Below, in pieces: positions 48,035 to 58,600 of a stretch of 64,000 bases of DNA; positions within the stretch are counted from its first letter, which is position 1; each line of letters opens with the position of its first letter. The position numbers were made by a program, and so were the translations under genes. Origin of the DNA: Cyanophora paradoxa CCMP329 (Eukaryota; Plantae; Glaucophyta); the NCBI GenBank assembly GCA_004431415.1, contig QPMI01000657.1, positions 206,281-270,280 on the forward strand, in the 5' to 3' direction. The notes beneath the pieces were generated by a model that searched no databases, was not told the origin of the DNA, and was given only the letters and a program-made list of their open reading frames with translations.

Positions 48035-49700
48035 TTAGGGTCGCATTGGGAGAAGCTCGTATGTTCTGCCCTCTCGTTGTGCAATTTCCGCCATAAAGTC
48101 TGCATTATCTTTTATTATTGATTCAGCCATTTGTTGTGCTCGTGATTTTTTGGGTGCTGCCCTACTTGCTGGTGGTTGATCAGTTCTCACAACACTAAGA
48201 CCATGCCCCTCGGCTGACCTCACCTCTAACCCCACATCTCCTTCGGCTGTTTGGGTCACATTAAGCTCTGGTGTTGAGTATTTATTACCTGCACCTGCAA
48301 TGACCCTATCACAGCATGCAAAACATAAAGCTCGGAATTTGTATGCAAGCACAAGTCCTCCAACACCGAGAATCGGCAAGAGAATGAGAAGCACTAACGT
48401 CCCGGGATCCATTCCTGGCGATCCGACTGGATTTGTAGGATTACTGGGATTATTAGGTGTCGTGTTCGGATCTGGATCAGTTGTAGGGGGATCTTTTGAA
48501 TCGGGATCTGGGTTAGGCTGGTTCGGATTGGGATCGTTTGGTGGCGGTTCTGTCGACCCTGCTAATGAGGTCGGCGCCGTGTATGCATTCGCAAACACGA
48601 TGGGAGCCGTCGCTGGATTTCCTGTGGAGGATCCTGAGATTGCACCATAGGTATCTGACAGATATTTATATAATTCCTTTGTCACAGGCGGATTGCTCAC
48701 AGATTGACACACCCAAATATTGCATGTGGTATCATACACTGTGTCCCTGATAAAGGGCGGTAGAGCTGTCCCACTGAATGACTCAAAGAATCCATTTCGC
48801 GATAGCAATCGATGCCCTGCATCACAGTTCCCTCCCTCGAAATATTTGGTAGCCGAAATTGCACCTTGCACATAAATATTGCAAGTCGAGTGCATTCCAA
48901 TGTTATTTAGGTTGGGAGTGTATCTGTCATCGAGCCGGACAGTGCACACCCATGGGGAAGCGGTTTTTATATATTTCTTATCGCCCACTTCGATTACATC
49001 TGTATTTGGGTGGCTGTCAAGCTGAGTCCAAACAGCATCATATCTGAAAGTGTAATAAACTAAGAGCCCATCAGTAGAGGATGTGAAAGCAAAGAAGGTC
49101 ATAAAGTCCGTGGATCCAAAGAAGTCAGCATTGGTCGATGTTAGGGTGACTCTGGGATAGCTCATGTTGACAGTCTCAGAAGGATATGGAATATAAGAGG
49201 TGTAATTGCGATTGAACAGGTAATAGTGAAATCCATCTGAGACATTCGAGTGAGTGGGCAAGGTGACTGTTAAGGTCTTACTGCGATTTTCAAACGTGTT
49301 CTGTATGACAATGTTACAAGTATTAATATATCGAGAATCGAAAAAGTAATTATTTGTAACTCGATTATCGATCAGAGTCGCATTGGTTCCATTAAATACG
49401 AAATTCTGCCCATTGATCCTCGTAGTATATAGGTCGGTCACATCGAGTGGATACCTTATTTTTAATCGATCTTCGGAGTCAAACCGAGGTATTGTTCCTG
49501 TTGCCTTCCAACTGATAGTAAAGGGAGGAGCAAGAGACACTGCTGGGATAACAGAGAGATTAAATTTCGAAAAATACAACCCAACAGGATATCCTGACAG
49601 AGCATAGGTCACTGTTGCATTTCCGACAAGTGTAAAGCCGGTTGTTGTTATATTTGTTGCGACAAATGGAGAGTAGCCGGCTGGTGCATTTTGAAGTGAT
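48035..49700 (-). pseudogene. 5'-truncated single-pass membrane or surface protein
   Basis: The frame is open from ~49700 (CVTSLQNAPAGYSPF...) with no in-frame ATG before the hairpin. It has a P/N/D-rich stalk, a TM segment LVLLILLPILGVGGLVLAY, and a short tail. Confidence 0.6.
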
Positions 49701-49703
49701 GTA

Positions 49704-49776
49704 ACACATATGAATATTCATATTTTAATCCCTCGGCGTTCCGCCTCAGGATTAAAATATGAATATTCATATGTGT
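49704..49776. other. perfect 28-bp inverted repeat (hairpin) with a 17-nt GC-rich loop
   Basis: ACACATATGAATATTCATATTTTAATCC-ctcggcgttccgcctca-GGATTAAAATATGAATATTCATATGTGT. Confidence 0.95.
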
Positions 49777-49777
49777 G

Positions 49778-50490
49778 ATTCGATGTTATATCAATAAAAT
49801 CGATTAATTTATTTGAATTTTCACATGAATTTTCATATTTGTATATGCATTTTCAATTAATTTAATCGATGTTATATCGATAAACTCGATTAATCGATAT
49901 TGTATCTTAATTGTAGTTAATCGGAATTATATCTATAACTTCGATTGATCTTAATTGAAACCTAAATGAATCTTATCGGAATTATATCAATAAATTCGAT
50001 TAAATCATGTTCTTTTCCGATTAAATCAATTAAATATTTAACTTTGTTACCATAAGTGGTCTAAGTTGACTCACTTTTCATAAACATTTTGAACTCTCAG
50101 TCTCCTTGAATTTCTTAATATGACTCAACTTAGTCAACTTAGTCAACTTTGTTACCATAATCAATCAGGGTGGACTCACTTTTAGATCAACTTTGAAATT
50201 TCAAGCAAAATCAACTTGGATTTCAAAAGTGGATCTTCTAAGTGGACTCAATATGTTCACTCTGTGATACATGTTAGCTTAAATCCTTACTGTTTATGGT
50301 CAGGGTTGACTAAGTGGGGGGAGTTGACACATTTTTTGAAATCCTTTTTAGAAAAGTTTAGGTCCCAAATATTTCCTGTGAAATTTGAGTCAACTCAACC
50401 CACTTAGTCAACCCTCCCATTGAATTCGTAACAAAATCCATATACTTTTACTTCTTTTACGATTAATATGAGTCAACCTTGAGTCCACTT
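49778..50490. promoter_or_regulatory. non-coding ori- or terminus-like region
   Basis: About four copies of ATCGATGTTATATCGATAAACTCGATT, many AGTCAAC/GTTGACT motifs, and a ~27-bp inverted repeat (50302-50328 vs 50389-50415) around an AT-rich core. Confidence 0.55.
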
Positions 50491-50766
50491 AAATATAAAT
50501 ATAATATAATAGGGGGAATCAAGGGGAGATGCTGAGTTTTATTGTAAGGAAATCGAATAGTATTCGAAATACTTTACATTGCTTAATGTAGGGTGCATTC
50601 ATATTTCGGCTACATCATACAGTAGAATTCTATTGTAACAAAAGCTACTGTAGAAAGAAAATCATTGTAGAAAGCTATTGTAGGAAAGGATATATTATAT
50701 CCTTTTTTAACGATTGCCATTGTAATAAAAAAGGTAAATCACCCTGATCATCATTATAGAAACCCA

Positions 50767-51165
50767 TCAAAACGGGAATCTATCATGTTTATGTCTCTCA
50801 GTCTTCTCAAATGTAAGGAAATTCATTGTTTTATCGATCTCATCTGCAACTGCTTGTGTTTTATGCTGAGCTTCTTTACCACAACTGAATATATCAATTG
50901 CTAACATGCCTTCATTGGAATAACAATGAGCTGTGCAATGGCTTTCATCTAATAGCAGAACTAATGCAAATCCAGGAGGTGATAGTTTCCCATCAAATAT
51001 CTCACAGTGTTTATGAACAATCCTAATACCTTGTCTCAATATAGCTTGTTCAAGGGTTCTCATAATCCAATTACCTAGGAAGCTCACATGCTCATGTCCT
51101 GTTGCTATAGCTGATTTAGCTTTGTAATCAAGCATAACATGAAAGCCTCTGTATTTAGTCTCCAT
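50767..51165 (-). CDS. speD: S-adenosylmethionine decarboxylase proenzyme (prokaryotic type)
   Basis: GFHVMLD..., PPGFALVLLLDESHCTAHCY..EGMLAIDIFSCG, including the ESH autocleavage motif. Confidence 0.88.
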   Translation of the reverse strand: METKYRGFHVMLDYKAKSAIATGHEHVSFLGNWIMRTLEQAILRQGIRIVHKHCEIFDGKLSPPGFALVLLLDESHCTAHCYSNEGMLAIDIFSCGKEAQHKTQAVADEIDKTMNFLTFEKTERHKHDRFPF

Positions 51166-51194
51166 TAAGAATACCTTAGAAAAATTAATTAAAC

Positions 51195-51467
51195 CTAATC
51201 GAACCTAATGCAAATATCCCTATACTCTACTCTAATTGATGAAGTAGTCCTTTTTCTATAAGCCTGAGAATGCTTCTTGTTGCATTCTCTGCAACCTGAT
51301 CCCTTCACATGATTAAAGGGATAGGTAAGGATCACCTTGTTACACTGCAAACATCTAACAGATACTTTCTCTTGAGCTTTGATGTAATGTGTCTCACTGT
51401 AATCGAATTTATCTTTACCATGAACTGTCATAGCAGCATCAATAAACTTTTTTGTTTTACTATCCAT
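51195..51467 (-). CDS. DUF723-like zinc-binding module (homing-endonuclease-associated type)
   Basis: FIDAAMTVHGKDKFDYSETHY....KVSVRCLQC...PFNHVKGSGCREC. Confidence 0.7.
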   Translation of the reverse strand: MDSKTKKFIDAAMTVHGKDKFDYSETHYIKAQEKVSVRCLQCNKVILTYPFNHVKGSGCRECNKKHSQAYRKRTTSSIRVEYRDICIRFD

Positions 51468-51489
51468 ACTCTATATATAACCAATATTC

Positions 51490-52323
51490 TTATGGAGCAG
51501 TATCCTGCCCAAAAATGGGGAAATATCGATTTGTGCCATAATACTCAGCATAGGTATTCTGCTTTGCAATAAAATCGGTTCTCTCAGCATATAATACACA
51601 CTTGTAGATACCAAACTTGGTGGCTCTAACCAGGAACTGATAATCTTCCAAACCAAAATTGACTCCATGATAAGCAATTCCGAAATTATCATATGGGGTG
51701 ATCACAACTGCAAAATTAGGAGTTCCACCCTCCACTTGACATACAGCATATACATCTGGTGGAATATCCACAACAACCTTGTAGTGGTCACCAATCTCAA
51801 CAAGAGAGTCTACAACTGCTGTCTGTTCATTTACCACAATGGGGAATATTTTGATTATATAGGGGGCATTCATGCTGGGGACATAGGTTCGAATTCTTGT
51901 ATTGGGATCAATGGGATTGGGTTGATCATTCACAAATAAAGGCGCTCCAACAGCCCCACCAACCCTAAGTCCATCACCAATATAAGCTCCCCCCGATTTG
52001 CAGTTAATAGCTCCCGACCTAGATTCAAAAGAATAAGTAGACAGAGGATCTCCATAGCTATCTGGGTCTCCATAATGAGCAGAGAAGTTTGCATTTGTGA
52101 CAAGTAGCTTAGTTGTCTTAACTATTCCATTATTTTTATCACATCTGAGTTCCTGTAATCTCAGTTTATGGGTGGAACCAAAGGTGTTCATTGTAGGTTG
52201 GACCTCTGTTGATTGGAGACCCTCTACATCATCAAAGGTAGCATGCTGTAGAACATGGTTTGCTGGGGCAGCTAATGATAGCTGTGGTGTAATAATTCGT
52301 TCAAGTGGGGGTTGCTCAGCCAT
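51490..52323 (-). CDS. structural protein with the shared fibre N-terminal domain and a non-C1q C-terminus
   Basis: LRLQELRCDKNNGIVKTTKLLVTN..KSGGAYIGDG. Confidence 0.7.
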   Translation of the reverse strand: MAEQPPLERIITPQLSLAAPANHVLQHATFDDVEGLQSTEVQPTMNTFGSTHKLRLQELRCDKNNGIVKTTKLLVTNANFSAHYGDPDSYGDPLSTYSFESRSGAINCKSGGAYIGDGLRVGGAVGAPLFVNDQPNPIDPNTRIRTYVPSMNAPYIIKIFPIVVNEQTAVVDSLVEIGDHYKVVVDIPPDVYAVCQVEGGTPNFAVVITPYDNFGIAYHGVNFGLEDYQFLVRATKFGIYKCVLYAERTDFIAKQNTYAEYYGTNRYFPIFGQDTAP

Positions 52324-52346
52324 TTTACATTAAAGGGATATATCTT

Positions 52347-53201
52347 TTATGGGGTTGGGTCATCAATTACATCTGGCTCTTGGTAAAACCCTGTTGTGAA
52401 TATATCAGCAACATTTACCCCACGAAGTGCTGAAACAGCTGCTATGTCTGTTCTCAGTCCCATAATCATAGTATTGTAAACTCCAACCTCAGTGACATAC
52501 AAATCATAAGTAAATGTCAGATTGTTATAAACACAATATCCCCGACCAAAATGGTTGGATGCTTGAACAAAGAATAGGTAATTGTGACCTTGTTGGTTAT
52601 TATTTGCTCTACACATTGAGAGCATTGCTGTGGGAAGAGGAATATTCCTTCTCACTCGATCAGTTCCTGTAATGGAAACCAATTCTGAATTTTCAAGAGT
52701 GACAGATGATGCAACATAGAAATGCAGAAAAGGTTGCTGTGCAACTGGTGTATAGAACCGAATTCTTTGTGGGTTCTCTACATTTTGTTCAAGAGTATCT
52801 GGGACATCATTATACGAAATTGAGGATGAAAGCTGACCTGAAATTCGACAGCCACCCCCAATAAATGCTCCTCCTGATCTCACAGTAACAGCTGCAGAAT
52901 TCTTATCGAAATCAAGGGCTTTCAGATCAACACTGTAAGCATCAGGACCTCCATTAGTAGGTTGGAAGAAGTTTGCATTTGTGACAAGAAGTCGAGTTGT
53001 TTTCACCACACCAGAATTCTTATCAGCTCTCAGCTCTTTAACTCGAATAATCGAATTTTTATCAAAGGAGTTGCCATTGGAATTGGGTCTCTCTGTGGAT
53101 TCTAAACCACGAACCTCATCATTTACTTCATGTTGGCGAAAGTGCATTGCAGGGGATCCAAGGGAATATATAGGCAGTTGAACTCGATTATATTCACCCA
53201 T
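52347..53201 (-). CDS. structural protein with the shared fibre N-terminal domain and a non-C1q C-terminus
   Basis: IRVKELRADKNSGVVKTTRLLVTN..RSGGAFIGGG. The likely start is MGEYN at 53201. Confidence 0.7.
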   Translation of the reverse strand: MGEYNRVQLPIYSLGSPAMHFRQHEVNDEVRGLESTERPNSNGNSFDKNSIIRVKELRADKNSGVVKTTRLLVTNANFFQPTNGGPDAYSVDLKALDFDKNSAAVTVRSGGAFIGGGCRISGQLSSSISYNDVPDTLEQNVENPQRIRFYTPVAQQPFLHFYVASSVTLENSELVSITGTDRVRRNIPLPTAMLSMCRANNNQQGHNYLFFVQASNHFGRGYCVYNNLTFTYDLYVTEVGVYNTMIMGLRTDIAAVSALRGVNVADIFTTGFYQEPDVIDDPTP

Positions 53202-53236
53202 TGCTTCTTTTACTAAGAAGGAAAGAAAAATAATGT

Positions 53237-53503
53237 TCATTGTTCTTCTGTGACAATATTATACTCGATCGCTTTTTTCACAGTTCCCCTTCGGAATGCC
53301 TGTAACACAATTGCTTCCTTTGAGGTTGGTATTTGAACTCCACCTGAGATGCAAGAGTGGATCTCTTTCTGAACAATCTCATCAATTGCGATTCTTGCCC
53401 TGTTATGGGCTGCATTATCGATCCAATCTTGAACAGAAGCAGCACAAAATTCCATTCCCAACTTCTCAATATCAGATAGAACCACTTGGTAAATATTCGA
53501 CAT
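53237..53503 (-). CDS. small phage-like fibre-associated protein (copy B)
   Basis: Near-identical to 44029-44292. Confidence 0.65.
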   Translation of the reverse strand: MSNIYQVVLSDIEKLGMEFCAASVQDWIDNAAHNRARIAIDEIVQKEIHSCISGGVQIPTSKEAIVLQAFRRGTVKKAIEYNIVTEEQ

Positions 53504-53525
53504 TTCCTAAACTACCATAAGAAAA

Positions 53526-54545
53526 TTAAACGATGCTTATTAATTCACCTGAGAAGGCTGTTTGACTTGCATAGGAACCGACTGAATTTGTAACAAGTGT
53601 CACATATTCGTTTTGGGCAAGATTGAGAATGCAAGAGAAACACAGCGCTTTATTTGTTGTTGACAGATTGTGAACTTGGGAAATGCTCAATCCCCCTGGA
53701 TCTGCATTGTTTACCCTGAGAAACAATTCAATAGCAGAAGTTGTGGTTGAAGAAGTGAATACTGAAAATCGATAGTGTCCTGCAACAGGTGCTGTGAACC
53801 TTCCAGTTGATGTGCTGAATGAATTGGTATTGTTTACTCGAACTGTTGCCCAGTTTATTAGATCAGCAGAAGTTGTAGCAGTGTGGTTGTAGCCAAGTTG
53901 AACTGAAAATCGTGGATGTGATGTTTTGAGATAACACCCTGTATTAACTGTCAAACTATTCGCTTCCAGAGTAACAACAGTGTTACTATTTCGTTTCAGG
54001 AGAAGGTCTACATTGGCTCCTGTATCGATTTCTGGTGTAACAACCTTGTTTGTTGCTGTGATTGTAGCCTGTGAGGCAATTGGTAGTGAAATACCAGCAT
54101 TAGCTGTTACCAATCCTGTAAAGGTGCTTGTTCCTGTAATACTCACCTGGTTTGCTGTAAGAGTTCCATCAACTCTTGCCCCATCTCCAATGTAAGCTCC
54201 TCCACTTCTCACAACAAGAGCAGAGTTATTGATTGTATTGTCAAAGGTTACTATTTTGGGTGTGGTGACCCCTCCAACATCATCATATATTGATGAATCG
54301 GAAACAATCTGACCTGATTGAACTTGGTTCTTGTTTGAAACTATTAAACCTGTGGTTCTCACCTTGCCCCCATTGCGATCACATCGAATTTCTTTGCATC
54401 TGATCACAGAGTTTTGAGAAAACGAATCGGCTCCTGTTGTTTCAGTGCAAATAAACCCAGGGGTTGCATCTGTTACTGTGTGATTGAGTTGATGTAATTT
54501 CGGGGCAGCATAACAGAAAACAGGAACTGCTATTTGTGTAGACAT
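53526..54545 (-). CDS. putative virion fibre with C1q domain (B1)
   Basis: Paralog of A1; FSTSTGRFTAPVAGHYRFS. Confidence 0.85.
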   Translation of the reverse strand: MSTQIAVPVFCYAAPKLHQLNHTVTDATPGFICTETTGADSFSQNSVIRCKEIRCDRNGGKVRTTGLIVSNKNQVQSGQIVSDSSIYDDVGGVTTPKIVTFDNTINNSALVVRSGGAYIGDGARVDGTLTANQVSITGTSTFTGLVTANAGISLPIASQATITATNKVVTPEIDTGANVDLLLKRNSNTVVTLEANSLTVNTGCYLKTSHPRFSVQLGYNHTATTSADLINWATVRVNNTNSFSTSTGRFTAPVAGHYRFSVFTSSTTTSAIELFLRVNNADPGGLSISQVHNLSTTNKALCFSCILNLAQNEYVTLVTNSVGSYASQTAFSGELISIV

Positions 54546-54567
54546 TCTTTATATTATGTAGACAATA

Positions 54568-55635
54568 TTATGAATGGACAAGCATACATCCAAAGAACCA
54601 TCTGATATTATAATATATAGAACCTCCACCACTGCTATTATATGATATTCTGATGGAATCATTGGCTTGAAGGTCTACAATAATTTCGAACCCATTGTTT
54701 GCATATGCAGATGCATAATTAGTATTAACTTCAATTCCAGATGAGCTTCCGTTTTTCTGTAAAAATGTAACAATATTAGTTGTTCTTCCAGTCCAATAAC
54801 AGGATCCACTAAATGTGACAAGATAGTTTCCTGTAACAGGGGCAGTAAAAAGCCCTGTCGCAGGATCGAAATGATTTCCTTGGTTCACTATGACTCCTGT
54901 TGTTGGATATATATTTATTGAGGAAATTGTTGCAGTTATTGACCCATTTGGTTGCTGTTTTGTTGCAAAGAAACGAGGATGGCTACTTAATTTGAGATAT
55001 TTGCTTGTCGGAAGTGTGAGATGTTGAACAGTTGTGTTATCTGTCTGAATAGTTTTTTGAAGAGAAAGAATGGTATCCCCATTCCTCTTGTAATTTATGA
55101 CCATGTCACTCATGTTATCAATCTCAGGTGTGTTTATTCTTGTAGAAAGTGTGAGTGTTCCATACTGAATATTTCCTGAAAGCCCACCATTGAAGTTCAT
55201 AAACCCGCCAAAACTACTTGTCCCACTCACAGATAGTTGATTTGCTGTGACACTTCCTGCTACATTTGCTCCATCTCCAATGTAGGCTCCTCCACTCTTG
55301 ACTACAAGAGCGGAATTATTGCTTGTGTTCCCAAAAGTCACTATCTGTGCTGTGGTGACTCCACCCACATTATCATATATTGCTGAATCCGGGACTACCT
55401 GACCTGATTGGACTTGATTTTTATTCGAGATTATAATGCCTGTGGTTCTAATCTTGCCTCCATTTCGATCACATCTAATCTCTTTGACTCTGAGTATATT
55501 ATTCTCTGTGAAAGAGGTATTACTTGAAGTTTCAGTGCAAATATACCCAGGTGTTGAATCAACTACTCCATGAGAGGTGCTATGGAGTGATTTGGCTGCA
55601 AGTTCATAATTTGGGATTTCTAATAGAGAGGTCAT
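54568..55635 (-). CDS. putative virion fibre with C1q domain (B2)
   Basis: Paralog of A2; NQGNHFDPATGLFTAPVTGNYLVTFS, FFGCMLV. Confidence 0.85.
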   Translation of the reverse strand: MTSLLEIPNYELAAKSLHSTSHGVVDSTPGYICTETSSNTSFTENNILRVKEIRCDRNGGKIRTTGIIISNKNQVQSGQVVPDSAIYDNVGGVTTAQIVTFGNTSNNSALVVKSGGAYIGDGANVAGSVTANQLSVSGTSSFGGFMNFNGGLSGNIQYGTLTLSTRINTPEIDNMSDMVINYKRNGDTILSLQKTIQTDNTTVQHLTLPTSKYLKLSSHPRFFATKQQPNGSITATISSINIYPTTGVIVNQGNHFDPATGLFTAPVTGNYLVTFSGSCYWTGRTTNIVTFLQKNGSSSGIEVNTNYASAYANNGFEIIVDLQANDSIRISYNSSGGGSIYYNIRWFFGCMLVHS

Positions 55636-55660
55636 CTTTGTAATAGTGTGAGAATCTTAA

Positions 55661-58600
55661 TTATGCTGTTGCTATCCAATGAATTGCAATTTGAAGCCAC
55701 TGTGGTTGAATGGTTACCCATCCTGCTGCCCAAATAACAAGATTGATTGTGGTAGAGGTTGTTGAGTTGCTTGATATTCCTATTTTATAATCGATTTCCA
55801 CATTTGTTGCAGGTAGTCCCTGCAATGTTACAACAACAGATGGAGCAGATGCAAAGGCAGGACTCCAATTTAATGTAATGGTATGGTTTTGCCTTGCTGA
55901 ACTGCCCCCAATTTGAGGATTTGCAATTGTCATTTCATGTCTCCCTTTTCTAATCAGGTTATCAAGCATGTATTGAGGAGCCAGCTTAGTAACCTTTGAA
56001 TTGTCCCGAGGATCCATGACCCACATTTCTCTTGCATATGCATTACCACGAACAAGGAGTGTTTTATCCTGATAGTAAGATATAGAGTTAGTAGAAAGGG
56101 TAGAGTTGTGGAAATTCCAAATAACAGGAGGATCAGGCATAATATATGGGTCATAATCGAGAAAGTAACCTGATCCAATAAGAAGGTTTGCATTTGCAGT
56201 GATGTTATTGGCTGTAAAGGGATCAAGGGTGGGTTTATTGGTCAGATCATTGTAGTTGCCCGAGAAAATCGCTGGTTTGTTATAGATATCTGTATTCCAA
56301 TCATGAGTGTGTGCAAAATCTGTAATCTCTGCCTTAGTGTGGGTGTGACCAACATATGCAACATTTCCAAGATCTGTAATCTCTGCCTTGGTATGGGTGT
56401 GACCCACATATGCAACATTTCCGAGATCTAATATCTCTGATTTAACATGAGTGTGAGCGAAATTTGTGATATCTGCTCTTGTGTGGAAGTGTGCAAAATC
56501 TGTAATTTGTGATTTGGTGTGAGTGTGTGCAAAATCTGTGATTTCTGCCTTTGTGTGGGTGTGTGATCTATTATTTAGATCAAGGAAACTACCCGAAAAT
56601 GCAACAGGATGCAGATTTGCAGCAGTAGGTTTATTTATGAGATCATTATAATCTCCTGTGAAAGAGATGGTCTTTAGTTCACCCCTTCCTACATAATCAG
56701 AAGGGAGATCAATCTTAATGGGCATAATAGCTGGATCATCAGGTATCTCATACTCACCTCCTGGATGAACCACAGGAAAGGTTTGATTGCTTTCAGTATG
56801 GACAAAGAAGTTACATGCTGTTACTGTTCCATCAATAGTCCCACCTGTGAGAGGGAGGTAATTGCCTGTAACACCAATACCTATACCTGCAATGATTGTA
56901 TTTAGTTCTGTTTCATCTATGTAGTTCTGAGCTTGAAGGTAATCCTCTGTGACTACTCTCGAAATGCTCTCATTGTGTATGTTTTTTGCAGCCATTCTTT
57001 GATTGGCTTCCAGAACCCCACCATAATCTGTTTTAATCCATGCAAGCTCTGCCCTTCCATAATTATCATTTGCAGTTCCCACTATGGAATGTAGGAATAC
57101 TTATCTCGACTGAAAACTATCATTGGTCTTGAGCCATCTAAGCTGCTTACATCTGCTACATGAACCTGTATAGCAGAGTTGTAATTTTGGTAGGTTGCTG
57201 GGTCTGTTGGGACTCTGAATGTATCTGTGGGAATGTCAGCCTCCATGTAGCTTGACACAAAGATATTTGGTATGGTTGCTCCTGGTGGTGGTGGGGTTTC
57301 AAAAGAGCCTGGTAATGTCCTAATATGAAGTGGTCCTCTCATAGCTGAATTCGCAAGTGTCCCATTCACATGAACATAGTGTTCATTCAAAAAGATCCTT
57401 TCAGGGATATTACAAGTCTGGTAAAGAGAAACCCCCAAGTTATCAAGAGGCTCCACCTTTGCGAATTCTGGTTGGTCATTGATCTCATCCCAAATATGTT
57501 CATGTTTGCTTGGTGGGAACTCAGTTGGAATCCCATCAATTTCACCCCAATCATGCCTGTGATCCTCTGGTGGATACTTTTGAGGTTTGCCTAAGATCTC
57601 ATCCCAATCATGATTGTGATCCTCTGGGGGATACTTTGCAGGTTTATTATTAATTTGTTCATAATCAGGAAAGAACTCCCAGATCTCAGGTCGAAATCCA
57701 TCTGGTAATAATTCCTCATGGGGTTCATAAGGTTGCTCATAGTCAACAGCTGGTGGATCATGACCATCTGGCAAATACTCCTCATCAGGTTCATAGTTCT
57801 GCTCATACTCAAACTCTTGTGGATCTAAGCCATCTGGTAGTATCTCCTCCTCATTGGGATCAAACTGATCATATTCATATTCTTGTGGGTCAAAACCATC
57901 TGGTAAATATTCTTCCTCATCTGGAACGAATTGATATTCTTCAAGCTCTAATATATCGATTTCAGGAGGTAAATACTGCTCATCTATTTGCTTTCTGGGT
58001 TCAATTATAGGTTTATTGCGAACTTGCTCCCAACTAACAATATGCTGCCCAAAGGCTACATCTTCAGTTGCTGTGTATTCTCTTCCAGGCTGCTTCTTTG
58101 GTGTTAAATCCGGAGGTCCATTTGGATAAGGAATAGGAAATGGAACAGTAGGTCCATTGGGACCATAATGCTCAATGATTTCTCTTAGGGTTTTCTCACT
58201 AACAAGCTTCTCACCATTTGCATACACATTACTGCCATGGATATTTCGCCATTGCCTGGTTCGAATTCCAAGGTCTTTCACATTGCTATACAAAGGCAAA
58301 AGGTGCCTATCCATTTCAACAAGATCAGGATGTAAATGGATTGCTACTGGTTGACTGGGGCTACTGTTGATTGTAATTGATGGCTTTTTTTGATGGACAT
58401 CTTTTGGAGTAAAGAACCCAAAAGGCTCATTCCTCGCAAAGTCATATGTAATATCCTTGGGGTATACATCATTTGTGTAGGAGACCTGATTTGTGTTGGC
58501 AATGGGACCCACTTGCAAAACTTGGGGGACCTCTGCTTTTGGAGTGCTGCCCTCATTGTAAATTCGCAAAGCTGTGTTCTGTTTGCCCTGCTCATCTTGA

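Noticed and set aside
44314-55635. Diversity-generating retroelement acting on the C1q heads
   Set aside because: No RT in the viral region and no TR/VR pair with adenine-only differences; divergence includes indels and all bases.
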